Positions 14,479-28,879 of a stretch of 64,000 nucleotides of DNA are shown in pieces. This DNA comes from Eledone cirrhosa (lineage: Eukaryota): contig OZ024753.1 of the NCBI GenBank assembly GCA_964016885.1, positions 10,726,001 through 10,790,000 on the forward strand, given 5' to 3'. Below the pieces are notes generated by a model. It had not been told where the DNA came from. It ran no database searches and saw nothing but the letters and a program-made list of their open reading frames with translations. Position numbers and translations under genes: made by a program. The first letter of the stretch is position 1; each line of letters starts with the position of its first letter.

Positions 14479-14771
14479 TATACGTATATATATATATATA
14501 TATATATAAATACACATATATATATACATATATACACATATATATATATATACACATATATATATATATATACACATATATATATATACACATATATATT
14601 TATACATATATATATATTTATACACATATATATACATACACATATATATATACATACACATATATATATACATACACATATATATATACATACACATATA
14701 TATATACACATATATATATACATATATATATATATATACACATATATATACACATATATATATATATACAC

Positions 14772-14802
<31 letters not shown>

Positions 14803-14839
14803 CACATATATATATATATACACATATATATATATATAC

Positions 14840-14870
<31 letters not shown>

Positions 14871-15023
14871 CACATATATATATATATACACATATATATA
14901 TATATATACACATATATATATATATATACATATACACATATATATATACATATATATATACATATATATATATACACATATATACATATATATACACATA
15001 TATATATACATATATATATACAC

Positions 15024-15054
<31 letters not shown>

Positions 15055-15201
15055 TATATATATACACACATATATATATATACATACACATATATATATA
15101 TACATACACATATATATATATACATATATATATATACACACATATATATATATACACACATATATATATATACACATATATATACACACACACACATATA
15201 T

Positions 15202-15246
<45 letters not shown>

Positions 15247-15267
15247 TATATATATACACATATATAT

Positions 15268-15310
<43 letters not shown>

Positions 15311-15380
15311 TACATATATACACACAGATATATATATATACACACACATATATATACACACACACATAATTATATATATA
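14305..15380. repeat. (TA)n/(CA)n compound microsatellite field; similar fields at 70-490, 2040-2700, 6790-7300, 7520-8625, 11930-12400, 16600-17300, 40390-42270 and 49460-51095
   Basis: Directly visible. Confidence 0.95.
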
Positions 15381-15964
15381 TGTAAAAAGCGCTATTGTGC
15401 GAGCAAGTAGAGCTGGTATTTACGGAGTGGGGTGTTTACGATGTATGAAATTGTACACAGGGTTGTTGATAAACAAAGTTCAGCTGATAATATTACTCCT
15501 GTTGTTGTTGTTGTTCTTATTCTTTTAGCCCCAGGTCTGTCTTGAACAAGTAAATCTATGATCAAAGAAATTTCAGCTTTGATCGTCAAGTCTTTTCACT
15601 CACGACTAAAATCTAAGACGTTCTTTTCTAAAGAAGACAGGGTGAAATTCGTAGGACAATTGGAAATTATTCTAGCAAGTTCTGCGGCAACATAGAGATT
15701 ATATCCTTGCATTGATATTGTGTTTGTGTTTATAGCTGCAGAGGTTTTATCGTTATTGTTGCTTGCGTATAATAATGCTTAATTCTAAATAAATATTTAA
15801 AAAAAAAAGCCACTGTATGGTTAGCAACAACCTAGCTATATAAATGGCGCTGATGTATAAAGGTGGAGGTTATTGGTGAAAGCAGCGATAGGATTTGAAA
15901 GATATGTTGATTGGTAGTGATGGCGGACATTTTGTAAATATATTGATAATAAAGCCGTTCTTAT

Positions 15965-16385
15965 ATTGTTGTTGTTCTTCTTCTTTTTATATTGTTGCTG
16001 TTATGTTGTTGTTGTTGTTGCTGTGTTGTTGCTATTGTTGTTGTTGATGCTGTTTTGTTGCTATTGTTGTTGATGTTTTTGTAGTTGTTGCTGCTGTTTT
16101 GTTATTGTTGCTGTTGTTGTTGTTGTTGTTGTTGATGCTGTTTTGTTGCTATTGTTGTTGATGTTTTTGTAGTTGCTGCTGTTTTGTTGCTGTTGTTGTT
16201 GTTGTTATTGTTGTTGTTGATGCTGTTGTTACTATTGTTGTTATTGTTGTTGATGTTTTTGTAGTTGTTGCTGCTGTTTTGTTATTGTTGTTGTTATTGT
16301 TGTTGTTGATGCTGTTGTTACTATTGTTGCTATTGTTGTTATTGTTGTTGATGCTGTTGTTATTATTGTTGTTGCTGTTGTTGTG
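15965..16385. repeat. (GTT)n-type compound microsatellite
   Basis: Directly visible. Confidence 0.9.
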
Positions 16386-17178
16386 TATGGTGCGATGAAG
16401 GAAGAGTTAGATGTCGACTGTTTAACATCAAAATCTCTGGCTTAACTCACAGAAAAGACAAAGCAGCAAAGATAACGATATATTATCAGGAATGAATGTT
16501 TTTTAGCTTTGTCTGGCTTACACCAAAACATACAAACAAACCATTTATTTAATGACAGGCACACACTTATGGACTCCACTCATACACAAACAAACGTGCA
16601 TATATATATATATATATAGATATGTATGTGTATATATATATATGTGTGTGTATATGTTTGTATATATATATGATGTATGTATGTATATATATGATGTATG
16701 TATATATATATATGATGTATGTATATATATATATGATGTATGTATATATATATATGATGTATGTATATATATATATGATGTATGTATATATATATATGAT
16801 GTATGTATATAAATATATAATGTATGTATATATATATATGATGTATGTATATAAATATATGATGTATGTATATATATATATGATGTATGTATATAAATAT
16901 GATGTATGTATATATATCTATATCTATATATGTATATATATATCTATGTATTTATATATATATGTCTATCTATGTATTTATATATATATATATGTCTATC
17001 TATCTATCTATGTATATATATATATATATATGTCTATCTATGTATATATATATATGTCTATCTATCTATGTACATATATATATATGTCTATCTATGTATA
17101 TATATATATGTCTATCTATCTATGTATATATATATATATGTCTATCTATCTATGTATATATATATATGTCTATCTATC

Positions 17179-17230
<52 letters not shown>

Positions 17231-17238
17231 GATAGATA

Positions 17239-17301
<63 letters not shown>

Positions 17302-18025
17302 TTCCTCTTTATAAAGGAAAGGATGTCAGAATAGAATGCGGTAACCACAGAGTTATTTTTCTCTTTTTCTCCTCTCAGCTGTTGTATTATTTTTACCTGC
17401 CTGAATAATTTCCCTGTGGTTGGTGTCCTTCCGGAATCTCAGGGGGGTTTCTGTTCTTACAGAAGAACAATGGACGAGATTTCCACAACAAAATAAAAGA
17501 TGTTGCAGAAGTGCCATAAACAGAACCTGGGACCTTGTCCCAGTTTTAATTGATCCAACCAATGATCTTCAGTTTATTGTTCAGAGAATCATTGCCAAAG
17601 ATACTCTACAATGTCGGTTGACCAGATCACTTTGTATCGATAATTAAATAATTTTTAGAGTAAAATGGAGGCATGGGTCGATGCCAGTAGAAAAATGGAA
17701 GGACCCATTCCTGTAGGGGATGATACCAAGTCGGGTGTCAGACAGTATTGCTCGCAATTTCGTTCCCTTGTATTTTATTGTTCTTCTCAGTCATCTGTTT
17801 TTGCCTTGATTTCTCTTTATATATACATATATATATATATGTGTATGTATATATATACATACATATATATATATACACACATATATATATATACACACAC
17901 ATATATATATATACACACATATATATACACACATATATATACACACACGTGTGTATATATATATATATATACATACATATATATATATATACATACATAT
18001 ATATACACACGTGTGTGTGTATATA

Positions 18026-18176
18026 TCCCAGGTTCAATCGGTGGTAACCGCAGTAAGTAAGGTACTCAATTCATAGTAGAGTATATACAATATTTAATAT
18101 AGAAATGGCTTCTACAGGACTAGAACTGTTTCATTCGAAGGAACTCATCTTCCTGATGATTTCCTTTGAATAAACC
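18026..18176 (-). mobile_element. Family B fold-back element with partial hammerhead core
   Basis: Minus strand reads GATGA-GTTC-CTTC-GAAT-GAAA-CAGTTC-TA-GTCC, next to an inverted CTGATGA copy at 18153. Homologous to 27547-27713. Confidence 0.65.
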
Positions 18177-18353
18177 CTATTAATGTACAACCGATCCATG
18201 TTATTCTTAACTCATTTAATATATATATATACACACATACATATATATATATTAAAATAATATAAACAATTCACTATCCAGATGGCTTCCAAAAATAATG
18301 GTTGCATTTTAAAAGGGTACGTCAAAGCTTATTTGTAAAACTGTTATATATTG

Positions 18354-18418
18354 TATTTTGTCTGATGAAGGCATACCATAATTTAATTTGGTATCCCTGA
18401 AATATGTATAATGAAATA
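18354..18418 (+). ncRNA. Minimal type-I hammerhead ribozyme motif (family E element, about 18340-18465)
   Basis: TATTTTGT-CTGATGA-AGGCATACCA...TGGTATCCCT-GAAA-T-ATGT-A-TA-ATGAAATA. Core intact, 9 of 10 stem II positions paired, 8-bp stem I with two G-U pairs. Confidence 0.7.
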
Positions 18419-18896
18419 AATATGGTTTTATAAATATAGTTTCCGTTTATTAATATCGTATATATCTATATGTATACACACACACGTGCGTGCATGTGTG
18501 TGTGTGTGAAGTACCGATCTTCTATGTGTCTCAGTAATGTGCGGTGTTTTGCAGCCAAGTAGAAGGCCTTAAAATCTCCAATTCATGATAGCCATTTAGT
18601 CAGCTTCGCTGTTATTTATATCGTTTTTCAAATGCTGTAAAAGACGTTTCTGCTGAGATTGTTTACCAATGTATATAATTCCTCGTCCAATAGAATGTCT
18701 ATATCTGTGGGTCGACTCCGTCATCGTATCCTGTTTTGTTAGCTGTCCTCTTTTACTACAATTGTTTATTTCTTTGTTACAGCAGAGGTTCTCAAACGTT
18801 TTCGGCCACCGTCCCTCCTCACGACCACGTAATACCCCCCTCCCTCTCTCCATTCTTATTTCTAGTAAGACCTGCCTACCCACAAATTGTAAATAA

Positions 18897-19075
18897 TATT
18901 TCTGCTTTTGGCACAAAGCCAACAGTTACCCCAGTGTATTACTGGTGCTTTATTTTAACGGCCCCGTAATGATGAAAGGCAAAGGTAACCTCGGCGGGAT
19001 TTGAACTCAGATCATAAAGGGCCATAACTCTCTGCTGCAAAGCATTGTGTCTGACCCTCTAACGATACTGCACTA
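18897..19075 (-). mobile_element. SINE family 1
   Basis: Reverse complement of the family 1 consensus. Confidence 0.8.
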
Positions 19076-19140
19076 CACCTCCCTGATATCACATTTCTAA
19101 ATATAAATGTGATTGCTTCTGGTTTGGATGAATAGGGTTG

Positions 19141-22100
19141 GGTTTAGTGTCCAGCTGTAGCTAACTTGGTTTAGTGTCCAGCTGTAGCTAACTTGGTTTG
19201 GTGTGTAGCTGTAGCTAACTTGGTTTAGTGTGCAGCTGTAGCTAACTTGGTTTAGTGTGCAGCTGTAGCTAACTTGGTTTAGTGTGTAGCTGTAGCTAAC
19301 TTGGTTTAGTGTGCAGCTGTAGCTAACTTGGTTCAGTGTGTAGCTGTAGCTAACTTGGTTTAGTGTGTAGCTGTAGCTAACTTGGTTTAGTGTGTAGCTG
19401 TAGCTAACTTGGTTTAGTGTGTAGCTGTAGCTAACTTGGTTTAGTGTACAGCTGTAGCTAACTTGGTTCAGTGTGTAGCTGTAGCTAACTTGGTTTAGTG
19501 TCCAGCTGTAGCTAACTTGGTTTAGTGTGTAGCTGTAGCTAACTTGGTTTAGTGTGTAGCTGTAGCTAACTTGGTTCAGTGTGTAACTGTAGCTAACTTG
19601 GTTCAGTGTGTAGCTGTAGCTAACTTGGTTCAGTGTGTAGCTGTAGCTAACTTGGTTCAGTGTGCAGCTGTAGCTAACTTGGTTTAGTGTCCAGCTGTAG
19701 CTAACTTGGTTTAGTGTGTAGCTGTAGCTAACTTGGTTTAGTGTCCAGCTGTAGCTAACTTGGTTTAGTGAGTAGCTGTAGCTAACTTGGTTTAGTGTCC
19801 AGCTGTAGCTAACTTGGTTTAGTGTGTAGCTGTAGTTAACTTGGTTTAGTGTCCAGCTGTAGTTAACTTGGTTTAATGTGCAGCTGTAGCTAACTTGGTT
19901 TAGTGTCCAGCTGTAACTAACTTGGGTCAGTGTGCAGCTGTAGCTAACTTGGTTCAGTGTGCAGCTGTAACTAACTTGGTTTAGTGTCCAGCTGTAGCTA
20001 ACTTGGTTTAGTGTGCAGCTGTAGCTAACTTGGTTTAGTGTGCAGCTGTAGCTAACTTGGTTTAGTGTGTAGCTGTAACTAACTTGGTTTAGTGTCCAGC
20101 TGTAGCTAACTTGGTTTAGTGTCCAGCTGTAGCTAACTTGGTTTAGTGTGCAGCTGTAGCTACCTTGGTTTAGTGTGTAGCTGTAGCTAACTTGGTTTAG
20201 TGTGTAGCTAACTTGGTTTAGTGTGCAGCTGTAGCTAACTTGGTTTAGTGTGCAGCTGTAGCTAACTTGGTTTAGTGTCCAGCTGTAGCTAACTTGGTTT
20301 AGTGTTCAGCTGTAGCTAACTTGGTTTAGTGTGCAGCTGTAACTAACTTGGTTTAGTGTGCAGCTGTAGCTAACTTGGTTTAGTGTGTAGCTGTAGCTAA
20401 CTTGGTTCAGTGTCCAGCTGTAGCTAACTTGGTTTAGTGTGTAGCTGTAGCTAACTTGGTTCAGTGTGTAGCTGTAGCTAACTTGGTTTAGTGTGTAGCT
20501 GTAGCTAACCTGGTTTAGTGTCCAGCTGTAGCTAACTTGGTTTAGTGTGTAGCTGTAGCTAACTTGGTTTAGTGTCCAGCTGTAGCTAACTTGGTTTAGT
20601 GTCCAGCTGTAGCTAACTTGGTTTAGTGTCCAGCTGTAGTTAACTTGGTTTAGTGTGTAGCTAACTTGGTCAGTGTCCAGCTGTAGTTAACTTGGTTTAG
20701 TGTGTAGCTGTAGCTAACTTGGTTTAGTGTGTAGCTGTAGCTAACTTGGTTTAGTGTCCAGCTGTAGCTAACTTGGTTTAGTGTCCAGCTGTAGCTAACT
20801 TGGTTTAGTGTCCAGCTGTAGCTAACTTGGTTTAGTGTCCAGCTGTAGCTAACTTGGTTTAGTGTGTAGCTGTAGCTAACTTGGTTTAGTGTCCAGCTGT
20901 AGTTAACTTGGTTTAGTGTGTAGCTGTAGCTAACTTGGTTTAGTGTCCAGCTGTAGCTAACTTGGTTTAGTGTGTAGCTGTAGCTAACTTGGTTTAGTAT
21001 CCAGCTGTAGCTAACTTGGTTCAGTGTGCATCTGTAACTAACTTGGTTTAGTGTCCAGCTGTAGCTAACTTGGTTTAGTGTGCATCTGTAAATAACTTGG
21101 TTTAGTGTCCAGCTGTAGCTAACTTGGTTTAGTGTGTAGCTGTAGCTAACTTGGTTTAGTGTGTAGCTGTAGCTAACTTGGTTCAGTGTCCAGCTGTAGC
21201 TAACTTGATTTAGTGTACAGCTGTAGCTAACTTGGTTTAGTGTGTAGCTGTAGCTAACTTGGTTTAGTGTGCATCTGTAAATAACTTGGTTTAGTGTCCA
21301 GCTGTAGCTAACTTGGTTTAGTGTGCAGCTGTAGCTAACTTGGTTTAGTGTGTAGCTGTAGCTAACTTGGTTTAGTGTGCATCTGTAAATAACTTGGTTT
21401 AGTGTCCAGCTGTAGCTAACTTGGTTTAGTGTAGCTAACTTGGTTTAGTGTGCAGCTTTAGCTATCTTGGTTTAGTGTGTAGCTGTAGCTAACTTGGTTC
21501 AGTGTCCAGCTGTAGCTAACTTGGTTTAGTGTGTAGCTGTAGCTAACTTGGTTTAGTGTGTAGCTGTAGCTAACTTGGTTCAGTGTCCAGCTGTAGCTAA
21601 CTTGGTCAGTGTGTAGCTGTAGCTAACTTGGTTTAGTGTGTAGCTGTAGCTAACTTGGTTCAGTGTGCAGCTGTAGCTATCTTGGTTTAGTGTGTAGCTG
21701 TAGCTAACTTGGTTTAGTGTGTAGCTGTAGCTAACTTGGTTCAGTGTGCAGCTGTAGCTAACTTGGTTTAGTGTGTAGCTGTAGCTAACTTGGTTCAGTG
21801 TCCAGCTTTAGCTATCTTGGTTTAGTGTGTAGCTGTAGCTAACTTGGTTCAGTGTCCAGCTGTAGCTAACTTGGTCAGTGTGTAGCTGTAGCTAACTTGG
21901 TTTAGTGTCCAGCTGTAGCTAACTTGGTTTAGTGTGCAGCTGTAGCTAACTTGGTTTAGTGTGTAGCTGTAGCTAACTTGGTTTAGTGTCCAGCTGTAGC
22001 TAACTTGGTTTAGTGTGCAGCTGTAACTAACTTGGTTTAGTGTGTAGCTGTAGCTAACTTGGTTTAGTGTCCAGCTGTAGCTAACTTGGTTTAGTGTGTA

Positions 22101-25100
22101 GCTGTAGCTAACTTGGTTTAGTGTCCAGCTGTAGTTAACTTGGTTTAGTGTGTAGCTGTAGCTAACTTGGTTTAGTGTGTAGCTGTAGCTAACTTGGTTT
22201 AGTGTGTAGCTGTAGCTAACTTGGTTTAGTGTCCAGCTGTAGCTAACTTGGTTTAGTGTGAAGCTGTAGCTAACTTGGTTTAGTGTCCAGCTGTAACTAA
22301 CTTGGTTTAGTGTGTAGCTGTAGCTAACTTGGTTTAGTGTCCAGCTGTAGTTAACTTGGTTTAGTGTGTAGCTGTAGCCAACTTGGTTTAGTGTGTAGCT
22401 GTAGCCAACTTGGTTTAGTGTGTAGCTGTAGCCAACTTGGTTTAGTGTCCAGCTGTAGCTAACTTGGTTTAGTGTCCAGCTGTAGCTAACTTGGTTTAGT
22501 GTGCAGCTGTAGCTAACTTGGTTTAGTGTGCAGCTGTATCTAACTTGGTTTAGTGTGTAGCTGTAACTAACTTGGTTTAGTGTCCAGCTGTAGCTAACTT
22601 GGTTTAGTGTCCAGCTGTAGCTAACTTGGTTTAGTGTGCAGCTGTAGCTACCTTGGTTTAGTGTGTAGCTGTAGCTAACTTGGTTTAGTGTGTAGCTAAC
22701 TTGGTTTAGTGTGCAGCTGTAGCTAACTTGGTTTAGTGTGCAGCTGTAGCTAACTTGGTTTAGTGTCCAGCTGTAGCTAACTTGGTTTAGTGTTCAGCTG
22801 TAGCTAACTTGGTTTAGTGTGCAGCTGTAACTAACTTGGTTTAGTGTGCAGCTGTAGCTAACTTGGTTTAGTGTCCAGCTGTAGCTAACTTGGTTTAGTG
22901 TGTAGCTGTAGCTAACTTGGTTTAGTGTGTAGCTGTAGCTAACTTGGTTTAGTGTGTAGCTGTAGCTAACTTGGTTCAGTGTCCAGCTGTAGCTAACTTG
23001 GTTTAGTGTGCAGCTGTAGCTAACTTGGTTTAGTGTGCAGCTGTAGCTAACTTGGTTTAGTGTGTAGCTGTAGCTAACTTGGTTTAGTGTGTAGCTGTAG
23101 CTAACTTGGTTCAGTGTCCAGCTGTAGCTAACCTGGTTTAGTGTCCAGCTGTAGCTAACTTGGTTTAGTGTGCAGCTGTAGCTAACTTGGTTTAGTGTCC
23201 AGCTGTAGTTAACTTGGTTTAGTGTGTAGCTGTAGCTAACTTGGTCAGTGTGCAGCTGTAGCTAACTTGGTTTAGTGTCCAGCTGTAGTTAACTTGGTTT
23301 AGTGTGTAGCTGTAGTTAACTTGGTTTAGTGTCCAGCTGTAGTTAACTTGGTTTAGTGTCCAGCTGTAGCTAACTTGGTTTAGTGTCCAGCTGTAGCTAA
23401 CTTGGTTTAGTGTCCAGCTGTAGCTAACTTGGTTTAGTGTCCAGCTGTAGCTTACTTGGTTTAGTGTCCAGCTGTAGCTAACTTGGTCAGTGTGCAGCTG
23501 TAGCTAACTTGGTTTAGTGTCCAGCTGTAGTTAACTTGGTTTAGTGTGTAGCTGTAGCTAACTTGGTTTAGTGTGTAGCTGTAGCTAACTTGGTTTAGTG
23601 TCCAGCTGTAGCTAACTTGGTTTAGTGTCCAGCTGTAGCTAACTTGGTTTAGTGTGTAGCTGTAGCTAACTTGGTTTAGTATCCAGCTGTAGCTAACTTG
23701 GTTCAGTGTGCATCTGTAACTAACTTGGTTTAGTGTCCAGCTGTAGCTAACTTGGTTTAGTGTGCATCTGTAAATAACTTGGTTTAGTGTCCAGCTGTAG
23801 CTAACTTGGTTTAGTGTGCAGCTGTAGCTAACTTGGTTTAGTGTCCAGCTGTAGCTAACTTGGTTTAGTGTCCAGCTGTAGCTAACTTGGTTCAGTGTCC
23901 AGCTGTAGCTAACTTGGTTTAGTGTGCAGCTGTAACTAACTTGGTTTAGTGTGTAGCTGTAGCTAACTTGGTTTAGTGTCCAGCTGTAGCTAACTTGGTT
24001 CAGTGTCCAGCTGTAGCTAACTTGGTTTAGTGTGCAGCTGTAACTAACTTGGTTTAGTGTGTAGCTGTAGCTAACTTGGTTTAGTGTCCAGCTGTAGCTA
24101 ACTTGGTTTAGTGTCCAGCTGTAGCTAACTTGGTTCAGTGTCCAGCTGTAGCTAACTTGGTTTAGTGTGCAGCTGTAACTAACTTGGTTTGGTGTGTAGC
24201 TGTAGCTAACTTGGTTTAGTGTCCAGCTGTAGCTAACTTGGTTCAGTGTGTAGCTGTAGCTAACTTGGTTTAGTGTCCAGCTGTAGCTAACTTGGTTTAG
24301 TGTGTAGCTGTAGCTAACTTGGTTTAGTGTCCAGCTGTAGCTAACTTGGTTTAGTGTGCAGCTGTAGCTAACTTGGTTTAGTGTCCAGCTGTAGCTAACT
24401 TGGTTTAGTGTGTAGCTGTAGCTAACTTGGTTTAGTGTCCAGCTGTAGCTAACTTGGTTTAGTGTGCAGCTGTAGCTAACTTGGTTTAGTGTGTAGCTGT
24501 AGCTAACTTGGTTTAGTGTCCAGCTGTAGCTAACTTGGTTTAGTGTGCAGCTGTAGCTAACTTGGTTTAGTGTCCAGCTGTAGCTAACTTGGTTTAGTGT
24601 GTAGCTGTAGCTAACTTGGTTTAGTGTCCAGCTGTAGCTAACTTGGTTTAGTGTGCAGCTGTAGCTAACTTGGTTTAGTGTCCAGCTGTAGCTAACTTGG
24701 TTTAGTGTGCAGCTGTAGCTAACTTGGTTTAGTGTGTAGCTGTAGCTAACTTGGTTTAGTGTCCAGCTGTAGCTAACTTGGTTTAGTGTGCAGCTGTAAC
24801 TAACTTGGTTTAGTGTGTAGCTGTAGCTAACTTGGTTTAGTGTCCAGCTGTAGTTAACTTGGTTTAGTGTGTAGCTGTAGCTAACTTGGTTTAGTGTGTA
24901 GCTGTAGCTAACTTGGTTTAGTGTGTAGCTGTAGCTAACTTGGTTTAGTGTGTAGCTGTAGCTAACTTGGTTTAGTGTCCAGCTGTAGCCAACTTGGTTT
25001 AGTGTCCAGCTGTAGTTAACTTGGTTTAGTGTGTAGCTGTAACTAACTTGGTTTAGTGTGAAGCTGTAGCTAACTTGGTTTAGTGTGTAGCTGTAACTAA

Positions 25101-25561
25101 CTTGGTTTAGTGTGAAGCTGTAACTAACTTGGTTTAGTGTGAAGCTGTAGTTAACTTGGTTTAGTGTGTAGCTGTAGCTAACTTGGTTTAGTGTCCAGCT
25201 GTAGCTAACTTGGTTTAGTGTCCAGCTGTAACTAACTTGGTTTAGTGTGTAGCTGTAGCTAACTTGGTTTAGTGTGCAGCTGTAACTAACTTGGTTTAGT
25301 GTCCAGCTGTAGCTAACTTGGTTTAGTGTGCAGCTGTAACTAACTTGGTTTAGTGTGCAGCTGTAACTAACTTGGTTTAGTGTCCAGCTGTAGCTAACTT
25401 GGTTTAGTGTCCAGCTGTAGCTAACTTGGTTTAGTGTCCAGCTGTAGCTAACTTGGTTTAGTGTCCAGCTGTAGCTAACTTGGTTTAGTGTCCAGCTGTA
25501 GCTAACTTGGTTTAGTGTGTAGCTGTAGCTAACTTGGTTTAGTGTCCAGCTGTAACTAACT
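19141..25561. repeat. 27-bp tandem satellite, about 238 copies
   Basis: Unit GGTTTAGTGT(CC/GT/GC)AGCTGTAGCTAACTT. Confidence 0.97.
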
Positions 25562-25639
25562 TTTGAGTTGTTTCTATTGAATCGCTGAGTTACTCGTAGT
25601 TAGGTGGGAACGGTTTGGGTATTAACATTTTCGAGACGT

Positions 25640-25790
25640 TTGGGAGGTGTCAAGCTACTTACTGGCGGCTCGCCTAATAGAGGTAACTGGTGATGCTCAT
25701 GAGTGTGCTTGGGTGTTCCAGCGCACCAGCCTCGCCATCACCCGAGGTCACACTGCGAGCGTGCTGGCTTGCCTCAAACATTTTTTAGAG
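25640..25790 (+). mobile_element. CRE-clade non-LTR retrotransposon C-terminal remnant
   Basis: LAARLIEVTGDAHECAWVFQRTSLAITRGHTASVL resembles the CRE terminal motif TGD.RE..WL.QRLSLAI.RGNA..V. Confidence 0.6.
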
Positions 25791-26546
25791 AGGTTTCCCA
25801 GAGCTCCTCGCGATATTGCTATATTTTACTCTGGTAGCGGTTTATTTATTTTTTTTTTTTCCCACAGACCAAAAGTATTTTTAGGGTGAGGAAATTTTTC
25901 TGTAGATATGTGTATCTCAATTGTGTTAAAGGACTGGTCAAGAGTTCAGATGGGGGTAGCGAAGAAGGGAAATGTAAGCTAGAGACAATTGTTATAGGGG
26001 AGAGGGGTATATAGGAGAGTCAAAGGTATAGGATTTTAAAATAAATTCTGAGAGAGAGAAAGGTGGATATTAACATAGCTATATGGTGTGACAGATAGAT
26101 AATGCAACCATCGAGGAAACAAACCAAATTCCAAGTCCTTACCAATGTGTCCGAACACGGAAGAGCTGAACTCCCACTGTCATCACCTCCACCTCTCTCG
26201 CCCTCCCCATCTCTCTGTATTATGAGCGAATGGGGTCCCAAGAGCTGGCCGCCCATGGCCCTGGCGGACATTATGGAAAAGGATTGTAACGGAGATGCGC
26301 TAGAAGAGCCATTCCATATCGTGAGGCTCGCACGTGAGGCTAGCCAGGTCAGCGCCTATCGTGGTAAGTAGGGAGGTTACCTCAGGGCCAAGGACACCAG
26401 AAGTCTCCACTCTTTCGCCTGCCTTTTGTTGTATGTGGTCGTAGATGTATGTATTGCTTGCCTCTTGGATTTTTTTTCTTTTTCTTTTCTGCTCTCCCTT
26501 TCCTTCTCTCTTTTTTAATTATTTGTAATATTTTTTATGTACAAAG

Positions 26547-26722
26547 AGCGGTGGATTGGCAGTATCGGTAGAGGGTCGGACGCCATGCTTTGCAGCAGAG
26601 AGTTACGGATCTTTACGATCCAGTCGAGGTAACCTTTGCCTTTCATCCTTACGGGGTCGATAAAATAAAGTACCAGTAATACACTGTGGTAATCGCTGGC
26701 CTTGTGCCAAAACTAGAAACAA
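26547..26722 (+). mobile_element. SINE family 1 (3' half also at 30543-30640)
   Basis: Matches the family 1 consensus with the B box deleted. Confidence 0.78.
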
Positions 26723-27317
26723 ATATTTACCTACAAAATAAAGCACTTTAAAAAAAATATTAAAATACAAAATTTATTGATTAGTTTTAATCTTAGATGC
26801 TGGACAAACCAGCTGATGTTTCATTTTCTCGAATCAGATTTTGTATATTTTAGTATTTAGCTTAATTTTACATCGAAACAACTCGTTACTGTGTAAAATG
26901 GTTTAATTTGGTCGAATATTGCTTTGGTGGATGATAGAGAATAATCTCCAGGTTATGTTGTTGAATAGTTCCATATGTTAAGGAAAATTAGAATGTTTGA
27001 AACCGGCAAACCATTCCTTTGTCTATATAAATATATTCCTACTGAGAAAAAATCGGATTCACGAGACTTACAGTAGGCACGAAACGAAAGAAATGGTGTA
27101 TGTGCGTATGTTAAGATACTCTTCCTGCTATTTCAAGCGTTAAACTAATATGTTTCTTCCACATACTATGTTTTATTACTTTTACACACACACACGTGAG
27201 TGAGGAGGGGGGTAACCACCGTTATCAAGGTACTCAATACATTAGTAGAGTGTAAACATCAAGTTTAATATAGAAATGACTAGAACTAGATATATTTTGA
27301 ATGAAACAGTTCTTGTC

Positions 27318-27370
<53 letters not shown>

Positions 27371-27374
<4 letters not shown>

Positions 27375-27530
27375 GAAGGAAGTGTGGTACGGAACCAGAT
27401 GGACCATAACGCACCAGAGTACTCAATACTTTGGGTAGTAGAGTGGGTAATAGGAAAATGTTTAACCCTCGACGTCAGAGCTCAAGCCGTTTCGGCTTGA
27501 GTTCTGCCATCGGGATTAAACATTTTCATA
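27371..27530 (-). mobile_element. Family A fold-back element, diverged copy in reverse orientation
   Basis: Tail gtggtacggaaccagatggaccataacgcaccagagtactcaatac followed by hairpin 27455-27527. Confidence 0.72.
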
Positions 27531-27546
27531 TATATATATAATGTTT

Positions 27547-27825
<279 letters not shown>

Positions 27826-28191
27826 GCGTGTGTGTGATGGTAGCTAAGATGCTTCCATAGGCAGTATGCCGGTTGAGAACTCTATGTTCTTACAGAGCAG
27901 AGTGTGATATCATATAAAACGTTATATATATAATGATTAAACACATATAAATAGGTATATAATTATATACGCATAGACACTGCTATATAATTACGCTTTT
28001 TCCTAAACACACTGTGTGAATGTGTGTGTATGTCTGCATATGTGTTTATCCAAACATGTTTCGTGTAAACATGTTTTGACTTTTATCTGACTTTTGATAA
28101 AGTCACAGCTGTTGAGTTTCTCTGATATAACCATAGGGGGTCAAACGATCATCATTCAACAGTATATTCACACATATTCAGACAGAAACTA

Positions 28192-28257
<66 letters not shown>

Positions 28258-28532
28258 TAATAAAAACAATGAAATAAAAACAAAGAACAGGTTCCTTCCT
28301 TATATTGAAAAATTCATCATTTTACGATCGTTTCTGGGATATATATGTGTGTTGGTATGTATATCATATTAAAGATCTATGTAAAAAAAATATTACAAAT
28401 TATCAGAGAGGATATACATACCTTCACACACGTTTTTATTAATTTATCTTGACTCTGTTTTCCTATGATTTTTATCGTTGATTTTTGAATGCATATATAT
28501 ATATATATATACATATAAAACATACATATATA

Positions 28533-28733
28533 TAGTGGTAGAACACTGGAAGGTAATATCCGTAGTGGTAGAGCACTCGGTCCATGGGACGAGTTAGGTA
28601 GAAGTGGTTACACAACAGTTAGTTCACCATACCGAGAACAATTGTTTCACCTTAGCGGATCCAAGCTGAGGATCCGCTAAGGTGAAACAATTGTTCTCGG
28701 TATGGTGAACTAACTGTCGTGTAACCACTTCTA
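28533..28733. mobile_element. Family F fold-back element with hammerhead core at its centre
   Basis: 64-bp arms at 28599-28662 and 28670-28733 with loop aagctga. Reads CTGAGGA-TCC-GCTAA-GGT-GAAA-C-AATT-G-TT from 28666. Confidence 0.72.
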
Positions 28734-28879
28734 TATATCTATATATCTATATATATATATATACACACATACATACATATATACGAGATGTCAACATGAA
28801 TGGACCTGTTATTTTTATCTAAAGACATTTTTTCCAATTCCAACCCGTTCGTCCCCTCAATCTATCTTATTTCTCGTTC

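Noticed and set aside
18783-18840. hAT-type MITE ends (also at about 48055, 53705, 57825 and 59380-59445)
   Set aside because: Only single partial termini are visible; no paired TIRs or 8-bp TSD could be confirmed.
19141-25561. CRISPR-like or telomeric array
   Set aside because: There are no unique spacers, the context is eukaryotic, and the unit is not TTAGGG.
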